A stretch of 64,000 nucleotides of DNA, from the NCBI GenBank assembly GCA_040437565.1, contig JBDOQK010000002.1, positions 682,001-746,000 on the forward strand, written 5' to 3'. Position 1 is the first letter of the stretch. Every line of letters begins with the position of its first letter. Positions 22,671-36,800 of the stretch are shown piece after piece. Under the pieces are notes generated by a model, which did not search any database, was not told where the DNA came from, and was given only the letters and a program-made list of their open reading frames with translations. Source of the DNA: Albugo candida (Eukaryota). The position numbers were made by a program, and so were the translations under genes.

Positions 22671-24529
22671 ATGTTGTGGGTGCCTTGTGTCCTCGCTCTC
22701 ATTCCCTGCGTGTTTGTGCTCGGACAAACGCCTCCGATTATAGTCCGTGGAAATAAATTGTACAATTCCAAAACAAAAGAACGTTTCTTTATCAAAGGGG
22801 TATGAGGACGCATCAGTTGATTGTGACCGTATCGCTGATGCGCTTTTGTAGCTGACATACGAATATGCCGTGAGTGACACATACTATGAGCAGTATTCCA
22901 AAGACGTGATTCGGACGAAACTCCAAGGCCTCAAATTTAATGCGATCCGGCTGTATGATGTCAATCCAGAGCAGTCGTATAAGAAGTTCATGAACGATAT
23001 GGCCGCTATGGGCGTCTACGTCATCGTCGCTGCATCTCCTGATAACAACCCGTACTACGGCATGTATCGCTACTCCACGATTGATAAAAGACTTGGCCCA
23101 AATAACGCCGACTACACCAAAACTTGTTACCCTGCGTTACTGCTGCAATATGGGAAAAAAGTGCGATGTTCCTTGCCACGAAAAATGTTTGATTGCTTAA
23201 GTTGTTGCATAGGTGGTGGCAAATTTTGCTGCGTATGATAATACGTTGGCCGTGCTGGTTGCGAATGAAATCATGCAAGCTGATCTCACCGCTGCTGCCT
23301 GCGTCAAGCAATACGTCGCAGACCTGAAGAGCTGGATGAGGGTGAATGGGAAGAAGATCCGCTTGATTCCACTAGCTTATGCGGCTGCCGATAGTAGCTA
23401 TGCTGGTAAAATCGATAACGCCGATGTGTATCACGTGCTGAAAATCCAAGGCTTACTGTGTGGTGACCAAATGGTGGATGGAGCGATGCTCAAGAGTATT
23501 GATATATACTTGATCAATGAATACCGGTGGTGTCCGCAATCTACCTATGCCGAATCGTACGAAAGATTTTTGAATATGGCAAAAGGGCTTCCCATTCCTA
23601 TCGCATTTGGCGAATACGGTTGCAAGCTATCGAAATCGACGCCCCGTGACTGGGGAATGGTTTCTTTTCTGTACGATGCTCCGAGTCAGACGCAAAGCTT
23701 TTCCGCTACATTTTCTGGAGGTCTGGCGTATTCCTTTGGACTAGCTAAATTGAGTACAGATTCTCTGTTTCCGATGTTTACGGGTGGATCGAGCGAGATC
23801 ACCGGTGTGCCCAGTGACATTCCCACTGTCGATTATGCGAATTTAAAAAAGTCATTTGCTTCGCACAACTCTTACAAAGAAGTCGGTCTCTGGTCTTCGG
23901 ATAACGTATGCAGTTGGTCTCCACCTATAGACTCGAAAATTGACCCAAGCAATAGTCGAGCCATGTCGGATGGATGGATACCTTCGTCTTGTTCCTCCAA
24001 AAATCTGATCGTTGCCAGTACTGATACGTGGAGAACGCCGTCGCGTGAAGGTGTCGTGTGCACTGATGACGGGAAAACTTGTGATGTGAGCATTTTCAAA
24101 GCCTTCGATACCACTCAGCAGAGTATTTGTGGATCTTATTCAGTCCAAAGTGGAGGAACTCTATGCAATTCATCGGCAGCCTGCGGCACAAAAGGACAAT
24201 GTATCCGCTCTAATGGGGTCTCCTCTTGTCGTTGTATCGCTTGTTACACAGGAACCCTATGCAACATCAGAGACTTTAGCTCTTGTTCATCGCTATCGAG
24301 CTTTCCAGCAGCTCCAAAGTATATTTTTCTGATCGCCGCTATATTTTTGGCAATTATGTTATCTGTATTCATCACACTAGCGATTATTGCGCACAGAAAG
24401 TCAATCGGTACGTATACCAACTCTATATATGTACATTCTAATGCGAATGCTTTATTTCTAGTCATAAACAAGCTCGGCAAAGAGCTCCAAATGCGCACGT
24501 CCGATTCTCGTCGCTTGCATGTTCTTTAG
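22671..24529 (+). CDS. GH72 beta-1,3-glucanosyltransferase (Gas/Gel-like) with EGF-like module and C-terminal TM helix
   Basis: Signal peptide, PIIVRGNKLYNSKTKERFFIKG, NAIRLYDV, YDNTLAVLVANEI (acid/base Glu), INEYRWC, FGEYGC (nucleophile Glu), FSGGLAYSF, Cys-rich CRCIACYTGTLC, TM segment. Confidence 0.9.
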
Positions 24530-24608
24530 GAGAGTTCGTATCTGAAATAATTGCATGTAACTTAACTGCTTTCAAATAAAAGCTCCAAAGTGTGGCATCC
24601 AATCGAAA

Positions 24609-26109
24609 ATGCCGCCGAAAAAGAAGCAAGAAGAGGTTGTGTATAGCTCTATCTTGCGTTTCGTGCTACCCTGACAATAGAATCCACTACGCGTAACATA
24701 GGCTCCACGCTCGTATTTGGGGCGACCCGGAAACAACGTAAAAATCGGAATTGTCGGCGTGCCAAATGTTGGCAAAAGCACATTTTTTAACTGCATGTCC
24801 AAATTGAACATACCGGCCGAAAATTTCCCATTTTGTACAATTGAACCGAACGAAGCTGTCGTACCTGTTCCTGATCAGCGATTTCAGTGGCTTGTGGAAA
24901 AGTACCAGCCGACAAGCGTGTACGTTGCAGCTTTTCATTGCAAGCTTCTTCTCACGCTGACGTTTTATGTAGTGTGCCTCCAGTAATGACAATTACAGAT
25001 ATTGCAGGACTGGTTCGAGGAGCGTCTGAAGGTGCTGGTCTTGGGAACGCTTTTCTATCACACATCCAAGCTGTTGATGCCATCTATCATATGGTGCGAG
25101 CTTTTGATTCCACTGAAATCACTCATGTGGAAGGTATGAGATAAGTGGTCACATATGGGAAGTCACTTATTGTCACTGGCCAGGCAATGTGGATCCGGTT
25201 CGAGACATCCAGATCATTCAGGATGAATTACGTCTCAAAGATATCGAGCGGGTCGTAAAACATGTCGATGGCATACGTAAAGGTGTGGAACGTGGTCTTG
25301 GAGGCAAAGAGAAAAAAGCGGAATTGGAAGCATTTCTACGCGTTTGTCCAAAACCGATCGTGTGTTGTTGCTGTTCCTGACATGAAGGTTGCTAGATCCA
25401 AGAATGGCTCCAATCTGGAAAAGATGTTTCATTCGGCAATTGGAGTGCGCTTGAAATCAGTCTTCTCAACACTATGCAATTACTCACTGCAAAACCAGTC
25501 GTGTTTCTTGTGAATGTGAGCAAAAGAGATTATCTACGAAAAGCCAATAAATATCTTCCAAAAATTGCCGAATATGTCACTGAACGCGGTGGAGGAGAAC
25601 AAATCATACCTCTAAGCTGTGAATTTGAGCTCGAGCTATTGGATTTAGATGCTGGTGGACAACTCGCCGAGTATCAAAAGGAGAATCCCACACACAAGTC
25701 CGTTTTGAATCGTATTTTGAAAATGGGATATCACGCTCTCGGCTTGATCCATTTCTTCACCGCTGGTAAGGATGAAGTACGAGGATGGACGATTCGAAAA
25801 GGCCGATTAGCACCTCAAGCTGCCGGTGTGATCCACACGGACTTTGAAAAGGGGTTCATTATGGCTGAAGTGCAAGCATTTGCCGATTTGAAAGAACGTA
25901 CGATTTACAGAAATGGGTCGTTTTATATCATCACACACTTTTATTTGTGTAGATGGCACCGAGGAAGCTGTGAAGAAAGCAGGAAAACTCAAGCAACAAG
26001 GAAAGAAATACGAGGTACGATTTCATCAGCTGCGATTCCGAGCCAGACTGGACGTATTACTTGTTAGGTTCAAGACGGCGACATCATTTTCTTCAAATTT
26101 AACAATTGA
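24609..26109 (+). CDS. OLA1: Obg-like ATPase OLA1/YchF, multi-exon
   Basis: [88 protein letters not shown]. Confidence 0.96.
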
Positions 26110-26415
26110 GATCGCCGTAAAGCGGTGTGCTTACAAGTTCCAAAAGGCGATATTTTATAGTTTTGTCATCGAAAAGTCGCAATATATAAGGAATACAACA
26201 ATTTTGCAAAGAAATTCTTGCGTTTTCGCATCCATTCGTGACTCTTCCTCGCAACCTTTCAGTCTTCTTTGGATGCCAGCACATCAAAAGAAGATATCTT
26301 GGTGGCGATACCAAGNNNNNNNNNNNNNNNNNNNNNNNNNNNNNNNNNNNNNNNNNNNNNNNNNNNNNNNNNNNNNNNNNNNNNNNNNNNNNNNNNNNNN
26401 NNNNNNNNNNNNNNN

Positions 26416-27775
26416 GCTGACGTTTTATGTAGTGTGCCTCCAGTAATGACAATTACAGATATTGCAGGACTGGTTCGAGGAGCGTCTGAAGGTGCTGGTC
26501 TTGGGAACGCTTTTCTATCACACATCCAAGCTGTTGATGCCATCTATCATATGGTGCGAGCTTTTGATTCCACTGAAATCACTCATGTGGAAGGTATGAG
26601 ATAAGTGGTCACATATGGGAAGTCACTTATTGTCACTGGCCAGGCAATGTGGATCCGGTTCGAGACATCCAGATCATTCAGGATGAATTACGTCTCAAAG
26701 ATATCGAGCGGGTCGTAAAACATGTCGATGGCATACGTAAAGGTGTGGAACGTGGTCTTGGAGGCAAAGAGAAAAAAGCGGAATTGGAAGCATTTCTACG
26801 CGTTTGTCCAAAACCGATCGTGTGTTGTTGCTGTTCCTGACATGAAGGTTGCTAGATCCAAGAATGGCTCCAATCTGGAAAAGATGTTTCATTCGGCAAT
26901 TGGAGTGCGCTTGAAATCAGTCTTCTCAACACTATGCAATTACTCACTGCAAAACCAGTCGTGTTTCTTGTGAATGTGAGCAAAAGAGATTATCTACGAA
27001 AAGCCAATAAATATCTTCCAAAAATTGCCGAATATGTCACTGAACGCGGTGGAGGAGAACAAATCATACCTCTAAGCTGTGAATTTGAGCTCGAGCTATT
27101 GGATTTAGATGCTGGTGGACAACTCGCCGAGTATCAAAAGGAGAATCCCACACACAAGTCCGTTTTGAATCGTATTTTGAAAATGGGATATCACGCTCTC
27201 GGCTTGATCCATTTCTTCACCGCTGGTAAGGATGAAGTACGAGGATGGACGATTCGAAAAGGCCGATTAGCACCTCAAGCTGCCGGTGTGATCCACACGG
27301 ACTTTGAAAAGGGGTTCATTATGGCTGAAGTGCAAGCATTTGCCGATTTGAAAGAACGTACGATTTACAGAAATGGGTCGTTTTATATCATCACACACTT
27401 TTATTTGTGTAGATGGCACCGAGGAAGCTGTGAAGAAAGCAGGAAAACTCAAGCAACAAGGAAAGAAATACGAGGTACGATTTCATCAGCTGCGATTCCG
27501 AGCCAGACTGGACGTATTACTTGTTAGGTTCAAGACGGCGACATCATTTTCTTCAAATTTAACAATTGAGATCGCCGTAAAGCGGTGTGCTTACAAGTTC
27601 CAAAAGGCGATATTTTATAGTTTTGTCATCGAAAAGTCGCAATATATAAGGAATACAACAATTTTGCAAAGAAATTCTTGCGTTTTCGCATCCATTCGTG
27701 ACTCTTCCTCGCAACCTTTCAGTCTTCTTTGGATGCCAGCACATCAAAAGAAGATATCTTGGTGGCGATACCAAG
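26416..27775. repeat. Gap-flanking duplicate (about 1.36 kb) of 24956-26315 giving a 5'-truncated second OLA1 copy; probable assembly artefact
   Basis: Apparently identical sequence and ORFs at offset 1460 across the 100-N gap at 26316-26415. Confidence 0.9.
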
Positions 27776-27819
27776 TGGCTGCATGCTATTGACCTCGCTC
27801 GTGATCAAAGTTACTCGAC

Positions 27820-30800
27820 ATGGTACGTTACGCCGACTCCGTAGTCTGCATTTGTGGTAACACGTCCTGCCACTAGCCGATCGGGTACGGCTTTGAGCCT
27901 GAAGTTGTATGGACTGCCCCAAAACAAACTGGAGATATTCCCGTGAAGCGGTCTGGTCATTCATTGACCTTAAAGTCGGCCGACTCGGAGACCACCGCCT
28001 ACCTTTTTGGAGGATGTGATCACAAAGCGATTCCAGGACCCACCGATGATCTCTACAAGCTCGATCTTACGGGAAATGGTACGTACAGGCTGTCTTCATC
28101 CATGTAGTAAGCTCATAGAGTATCTCAAAGCTTATAACTGGACGAGACTCAATCCACCGAGCAACGTATCGGAAGACTTTCCACCACCACGATGGCGTCA
28201 TTCAGCAGTGTTCTATCGTAATCGCTATTTAGTGATATTTGGTGGGTTTGCTGCAGATAAACGAATGAATGATGTCTGGGTATTTGACTCCACCACGCGA
28301 CTTTGGGAGCAAAAGTATGCGCAAGGTATTTGGGAAGGTTTACCGCAGTGTCGTGGAGCTCACACAGCAACGTTGCTGGGGCAGAAAATGTATATTTTTG
28401 GCGGATATGGAGGTGCTGGATACGGCCGGACAGACTTTAATGATCTCCACGTGTTGGATTTGGAGCTTTGGAAATGGGAAGAAATTATAACAGATGGTGA
28501 TCGTCCGGAACCGCGCTCTGGCCATCAGACGTGCGTGATAAATGAATCACAACTCATCGTAATCGGTGGATGGAACAGTCTGAAACAGTTCCAGGATGCC
28601 TTCATCTGTGACCTGAATGATCGAAAATGGAAGCAAGCGACAATGAAGGCACCCATGCCGATCTGGAATCACGCGTGTGTCAGTGTGGAATCTGGACCAC
28701 AGTGGAAGGTATTTATGTTTGGAGGAAGCAGTGGAGATGGAGCTGAATCCAGCAGCATACCAGGCTCTTTCCTGAACTCAGTCATGGTCTTCAATACCGG
28801 AACGATGGCTTGGTCTTCGCCTCCGGTGAAAGGAGAACCTCCACATCCTCGAGCAGATACTTCTATCGTCCTTGACACTGCCAATAATCGAATTTTGGTA
28901 TTCGGTGGCTGGGCAAACCGCTGGTTTAGTGATCTCTATGTACTTCAAGTTGGTGAGATCATTGGTCCTCCATACGCAATTTCTTCTATTGAACCAAGCT
29001 CGGGACCGATCACTGGCAACACTAAAGTCACCATTGGTGGGTATAAATTCAACGCTCCATCCGCAACGGTCCGCTTTGCGGTCACTAAAGGCTATGCAGA
29101 TGTCATTGGGTCTGTCGTGTCTTCCACCAGGATTGAGGCCACAGCACCAAACTTTGAAAAATATGGCTCATTGCAATCAGAAGTTCGCGTATCACTCAGT
29201 GGTGCTGCCTACACAAACGTTTGCACCACTTTCAAGTTCCATTCCGTCACAATTGCCTCCAAGACGGTAGCATTTGGGCCAAGCATTATTTCGACTCTTA
29301 ACACGCTNNNNNNNNNNNNNNNNNNNNNNNNNNNNNNNNNNNNNNNNNNNNNNNNNNNNNNNNNNNNNNNNNNNNNNNNNNNNNNNNNNNNNNNNNNNNN
29401 NNNNNNNCGTGTCTTCCACCAGGATTGAGGCCACAGCACCAAACTTTGAAAAATATGGCTCATTGCAATCAGAAGTTCGCGTATCACTCAGTGGTGCTGC
29501 CTACACAAACGTTTGCACCACTTTCAAGTTCCATTCCGTCACAATTGCCTCCAAGACGGTAGCATTTGGGCCAAGCATTATTTCGACTCTTAACACGCTC
29601 TCAGTTGTCGGTAATCCCACTACATTGGTGATACAAGCTCGTGATAAAGATAATTTGCCTCGAGATTGTGGTGGCGATGACTTTACAATCACACTGAGCC
29701 CCATTCTAAACTTAGAGGAAGCTCCTCCATCTGATGCTGAGTCGTTTGAAATCACCAATATCGAGGATAAGGCGGATGGAACGTACATAGTGACCTTTGT
29801 TCCTCCACAGGCAGGCACATGGAACATTTCGATTGTGTTTAATGGAACTTATAATGGCCAGGCCGGCCATATTCGAGGGTCTCCTTTCCAATCAACGTTT
29901 ATGTCCAGCGCGGATGCATCGACGAGCAAGCGAGCGGGTGACCTTATGCCTCCGATAATGAGTGAAAAAGAATTTGATAATTCCGACCTCGTCCGAACTT
30001 TTATGGCTGGTTTGAATCGACGAAGCACAGAGTATAGGCGTGTATTAATGGATCTGCGTAAAGAGATTCCGTCACATGAGACCAACGGCCTCGATATTTT
30101 GCGTCGAACAAAGGAAACGCTCGGGCGACTTGAAACTGAGAAAGCTGGTAATCAATTACTGCTGGATCAAAGTCGGCAGTGGATGACTCATCTTAAGCGG
30201 ATTGGAGCTTCCGTCGATAAGGAATTGGGCGAGATCGAACACATTGAGAAACAATTCACTGAAGTCCTCAAGCAGATTCCTCTCACAGAGCAAAATATAC
30301 AAGAACCAACACGCATTTTCAGTGAGAAAACAGAAGAGAAAATGGCCATTTATCATCAGTCTATTGTGCAAAAGTCTGTCACACTCAAGAAAAACGACTT
30401 TTGGTCGTCTCATTTGGAGCCTGAGAAAGCTCTCGAGAGGATTCAGCAATACATTTCGGACTGGGAGAATGATATGAAAGAGTGCGGCGAGAAAACCAAA
30501 CTCTGTCAGACGTTTGGATTTGCTCACATTATGAACGATTCGATTGCTTTAATGCAAAAGATGCGTTTGGATGTTGAGGCACTAGCCAAAGTATGGTCTA
30601 TCGTGCAACGCGCGAGGACATTCGTTGGTCAGGCGCATGAGATGGTTTTCCAGCAGGTCGATGTCAATCAGCTTCAGATTGAAAATCAAAGTATGTTGAA
30701 AGAGCTCAAAAAGACTCCAAAAGATGTGCAGTGGTGTGAGGCATATACAACAATTCTGAACGAGTGTCAGGCGTTCGAGAAAACGCATCCGTTGATCCGG

Positions 30801-33800
30801 TCTTTATTGGCGAGCTATATGCAAACTCGTCATTGGAATCGCATTATGGCACATACGGGGACGTTTACAACACCAAAAGAAGACCCGACACAGCGTTTGG
30901 GTGTGCTTTTGAGTCGGAATCTCTATCGCTTTACGTCGGAAATCACAGAGATTTGCTATGAAGCAGAAAAAGAACAAGAACTGGAGCTTCGATTGAACGA
31001 TTTGGAAGGTATTTGGGCTCAAGTGAATTGGGAAATGACTCCGTACAATCAGAAAGCTACGATAGAGTCTCAAGTCGATGGAGATTCTGCACAGTCCAAT
31101 GCAAACAGCTCGGAAGCTTTCGTGCCTTTGCTTCGAATCTCAGAGGAAAACTTTGAGCTTTTGGAGACTCATCAGATTGATGTACAGACCATGAGCGCTT
31201 CACCGTACCAGTCCGAGTTTGAATCACGAGTGAATGATCTTCAGATTGGTCTCTCATCCATCAACGAGGTTGTGGTCCTACTGAGTGATATTCAGCGCTC
31301 CTGGAGTTATCTAGAGCCGCTCTTTGTCCAGTCCGAGGAAGTCAAAAAGCAGTTGCCCGAACTCACTCTTGATTTCGAAGAAATCGACGTTCAGGTTCGT
31401 ATCATTTTGCGAGAAGCGTGGCAGACACTCAATGTGAAGCAATCCAGTACGAAACCGGACCTTTTACACCAGCTAGGCAAACTGATGGATGCTCTTGATC
31501 AATGCAAATCACGGCTGAAAGAGTTCCTCGATGGTCGTCGACGTCAATTTCCTAGGTTTTACTTCATGTCGGAAGCAGACTTGCTCGATATCCTATCCAA
31601 TGGAGCTCACCCTGAACGCATCATGCCTCATTGCTCCAAGATATTCCTTGCGACAAAGACACTTACACTGACAAACGATTGTGCTGGAGACAACAGTCAG
31701 CGCCCAGTTGCCACACAGTTTGTGGCTGGTGTTGGACAGGAAGTTGTGGATTTTGTGGAACCGCTCAAGTTGGAAGGTGAAGCGGAGATCTACTTGGATG
31801 TGATTTTGCGTGCCATGCGGACGACACTGTCACAGCAAATCACACGATCTCTCAAGTCGTATACAGAGTTGTCGCGTGTCGACTGGATCAATCAGAAAGA
31901 CTCTACCGGGAAGATTATGGATGCTGCACAGATCATCCTTCTTGCCGCAGGCATCCATTACGTCCAAGAAGTAGAGCTTTCATTTCGTCGGATGATTACG
32001 GGGGACGATAAAGACGCCATGATCCAATACAATAAGAAGCAAGAGAAGCAGCTAGAGGACTTGATTCGATTGACACAATCCAACATATCATCTGCCGAGC
32101 GTCAACGTGTGATGGTTTTGATCACCATGGATGCTCACGGTCGAGATATCGTTGCCAATATGATCCGCGATGGAGTCGAAGACGCAAGCAGTTTCCAATG
32201 GCAATCTCAATTGAAGCACTATTTCTCACCTGCTCAAGGAAGTTTTCTCAAACGTGACAAAGCATTCAGAGGACCTCATGACGAACGAGCCCAAATACTT
32301 ATTTGTGATGCTGGAATGCCCTACGACTATGAATACTTGGGGAATGGACCTCGACTGGTTATCACGCCTCTAACCGATCGGATTTACGTGACAGCAACTC
32401 AGGCGCTCAATTTGAAAATGGGATGTGCCCCGGCCGGGCCGGCCGGAACAGGAAAAACCGAGACGACCAAAGATCTGGCTAATGCTCTTGGCAAAGTATG
32501 CTACGTGTTCAATTGTTCACCAGAGATGGATTACAAGAGTTTGGGAAATATATTCAAAGGTCTTGCTTCCTCGGGTTCGTGGGGATGCTTTGATGAGTTT
32601 AATCGACTTGTTCCAGAAGTACTGTCTGTGTGTTCCGTTCAATTCAAAGCTGTTTGTGACGCGTGTAAAGCAGACGATGAGGTCTTTTTATTGGAAGGAG
32701 ATCGAATCAATTTGGATCCAACAGTTGGTGCTTTTATTACTATGAATCCCGGGTATCTCGGTCGATCAGAGCTTCCTGAAGGCCTCAAAGCATTGTTTCG
32801 TCCGATGACGGTCATGGTGCCCGATCTTGTGCTCATTTGTGAGAACATGTTGATGGCCGAAGGATTCACGCAAGCAAAGATTTTGGCATCAAAGTTTTAC
32901 GGGCTGTACTCGCTATTGGGTCAACTCCTTTCCAAGCAACTTCATTACGACTGGGGACTTCGAGCCGTCAAATCTGTCCTTGTCGTTGCTGGAGCTTTCA
33001 AACGTGCGGAGCCAGACATCCCTGAGATCGATCTTTTAATGCGAGCTTTACGTGATTTCAACATTCCAAAAATTGTGACGGAAGATAGTGTGATATTTTT
33101 CGGTTTATTGGGTGATTTATTCCCTCGTCAAGACCCAAACATCGACGTTCGAAACGATCCGCCACGGAAGCGTGATGTTGAACTCGAAACAATGGTTCAG
33201 GATGCCGCCAGAGCCATTCATAATTCTCCACGACCTGAATTTATGTTGAAGGTGGTGCAACTCGCAGAGCTCTTGGCCATTCGTCACTGTGTCTTTGTAA
33301 TGGGACCACCGGCTTGTGGAAAAACAGAAACGTGGAAGACTTTGAAAAAGGCCAGGGAACTCATGGGAACATCGATGGAAGTCCAGGATCTGAATCCCAA
33401 AGCTGTCAGCACGAATGAACTGTACGGCTACATTGTGCTAAAGACTCGAGAATGGAGAGATGGCTTACTATCCCGCATCATGCGAGATCTTGGCTCCCGG
33501 AGGAAAGACAATGGAGATGAAGATGAAAGCCCGAAATGGATCATTTTGGACGGCGATCTTGATGCCAATTGGATTGAGTCGATGAATTCTGTGATGGATG
33601 ACAATCGAATGCTGACACTGGCGTCCAACGAACGAATACCTCTCAAATCACACATGCGGATGATCTTTGAGATTCGAGATCTCATGTACGCAACTCCTGC
33701 GACTGTATCTCGAGCCGGAATTCTATACATTTCGACATTGGAAGGATATCAATGGCGATGTTTGATCGACAGCTGGCTCCAACGCCATTCCAGCGCCAAT

Positions 33801-36800
33801 CAACCTGATACCCGCGATACTGAGTCCCGAGCTACAGCTAACAGCGCTGTTGTGCGCAATGGAATCCTCTTGTTCTCTGCCGATATTGCTGGGAAATTTA
33901 CCACGCTATTCGAGCAATATATTGAGCCGACTCTGAGATTCTTCAAAAAGAAGTTGCGTCCAATAGTGCCAGTGGAAGAAACTACTTTGATCACAAACCT
34001 TCTCAATATGCTTGATTGCCTGCTAACGCCTCAGGTCGTCCAAGATTTCAACTTGATGCAAAGCACGTTTGTGTTTTGTTGTGTGTGGGCTTTTGGGTCC
34101 GTATTGACGTTGAGTGACGACGGGACCGACTATGCAGTTGCATTCAGCACGTGGTGGAAAACACAATGGAAAGACGTCAAACTCGTCACGTCAGCCAGCA
34201 ACACTGTCTTTGATTTCTGGCTCGATGTCGATACCGCAAAGTTTAATTCCTGGGCGAAATCTCCATACTTTTACACTGAAACGTATCAATCACCCGCTCC
34301 GATCAATCAGATCACAGTTCCGACCACAGAGACATCATCGATCGCATTTTGGCTTGAAAAGCTATTGATTAAGCAAATTCCTGTGATGATATGCGGTCCA
34401 GCAGGAACAGGGAAGACGCAAAATGTGGTTGGGATGCTGAAAAAGCTGAGCAAAGATGATGTCAATACTGCATTCCGCTACGCAAGTATCAACTTTAACT
34501 TTTACACGACTTCAGCAATTCTCCAGCAGGCAATGATGAGTCAATTGGAACGGAAAACAGGCTTAAATCTGGGACCACCAGGCAAAGCCAACCTGATCTT
34601 CTTCATCGATGATCTCAACTTGCCGGAAATGGATCCATACAACACACAAAGCGCTATCTCTTTGTCTCGTCAAGTTTTGGAGTATAAGCACTGGTTTGAT
34701 CGAAGTAAATTACAACAGCAGAACATCCTCAATGTACAATTTGCAGCTGCAATGAATCCAACAGCTGGATCCTTTCTCATTGACCCGCGTCTTCAGCGTC
34801 ATTTCTGCACCTTTGCGATGGGAATGCCGGAAGCCCCAAGTCTCGTGACGATTTACGAGACGTTTTTAAGCGGACATTTAGCTGGATTCAGTGAAGAACT
34901 CAGCAATTCAACCTTCACCAACGCACTGATCAAAGCGGCATTGATGCTCCACACAAATGTCGTTAGCACGTTTCGTAAAACGGCAGCAAATTTTCATTAT
35001 GAATTCAATGTTCGCCATTTGTCCAATGTATTCCAAGGCCTCATCACATCGAGCAAACAACGCTTCCAAACCGCTGAGAAATTCATCTTTCTATGGCTGC
35101 ATGAAAGTGAACGAACGTACGGCGATCGTCTCGTGTGCAAATCCGATCTTGAAAAGTATTCTCAGCTCGTACAACTTCAGGTCAAGCGTTCATTTCCGAG
35201 CTGTAATACGACTCGATATTTTGCAGCGAAGAATGCGTGGCCTTTGCTATTTTGCCACTTTACCAGAGACGGGGACGCCGAGTACGATCAGGTTATGGAA
35301 CCAAGCTTGGAAGTGCTCAAAACCAATCTGCAGCATCAATTGAGAGAATACAATTCGAATGAGAATAATTCTGCAATGCACCTCGATTTATTTGATGATG
35401 CAATCAGACACGTGGCCAGAATTGTGAGAATTCTCAAGAACGATGGAGGTCATGCTCTGCTGGTGGGCGTCGGTGGCAGCGGGAAGCGATCACTAGCACG
35501 GCTGGCGTCCTACATCTGCGGGTACACCGTTGTCCAAGTGACCATCAGCTCCAAATACGGCGAGAATGAGTTCAAAGAAGATCTCAAGAAAATGCATCTT
35601 CTGATTGCAGAGATGCTGTCACGCAATGAGGAAGACGCCGGGATTGTATTCATGCTCACAGATTCTCAGATCACGAATGAAAAGTTCCTCATCTACCTCA
35701 ATGATCTGCTTGCTTCCGGTGAGATTCCTGATTTATTGGCCGTGGAAGACTACGACACGATTGTGGGCTCTATAACGCCGGTGGTTCAGACAAAAGACCG
35801 GAAGGAAATCATTAAATTCTTCCAGGCTCAACTTCGTCAGCGCTTGCATCTTTGCTTGTGCTTTTCTCCTGTAGGTGACGACTTTCGAAATCGAGCTCGC
35901 AAATTCCCAGCACTTGTGAATTGCACAGTGATTGATTGGTTCCAGCCTTGGCCGCATGAGGCCCTGCTATCTGTTGGAAGAGAGAAATTACGTGAAATCA
36001 ATGATCTTCTTGGACCTGAAGATTCTCGTGCAGGAATTGAGAATTTCATGCCGTATTCGTTTCAATCTGTGAATCAATGTGCCGAACGATTCTTCCAAGT
36101 CGAACGTCGGCATGTGTATACGACGCCAAAGTCGTATTTGGAGCTTTTACAGCTGTACAAAAAAATTCTCAAACAAAAGTTTCAAGAGTATACGACAGCA
36201 ATTGATCGCTTGGAAAAAGGCCTCCAAAAGCTCAAAGAGACCGGTGAGACTGTTTCTCGTTTGGAAGTAGAGCTCAAAGTGAAATTGGAAGCTGCAGAAG
36301 ATAAAAAGTCGGTTGCGTCTCAAATAGCAGAGACTGTGAATCTTGAGAAAGCTCGTGTCGAAGTCGAGTCCAAGAAAGCAAGTGACGAAGCTGACAAATG
36401 TGCAATTATCCAAGCTGAAGTCATTGAGCGACAACGATCGACATCCGAGGATTTAGCAAAGGCAGAACCAGCCGTACAACAAGCCATGGAAGCGCTCAAC
36501 TCATTGAATAAGAAAGATCTCGGCGAGTGTAAGACCATGTCCAAGCCACCAACTGGAGTCGACGAAATCTTTGCCGCTACGATGGTACTCCTTGCGGGTG
36601 TTCATCCAAACGTTCAGGTCACAAAAACCGGCAAAGTGAAGGACGTCAAGTGGGATACGGTAAAGAAGCAATTGCTCGGGAACATTCCGGAATATATCGA
36701 GTATCTGGTCAATTTCAAATCGGTTGTCGATGATGGCAAAGTGCCGGTGCTCAATTGGAAAGAAGTTCGCGAGTTTCTGGACAAAGAGTACTTTAATCCT

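Noticed and set aside
24609..27775. Tandem duplication of OLA1
   Set aside because: The second copy starts inside an intron right after a 100-N gap and appears identical, matching the window-wide overlap artefact.
29116..29599. Programmed frameshift or split gene between the kelch region and the dynein motor
   Set aside because: Removing the gap plus duplicate (292 nt) restores one continuous frame.
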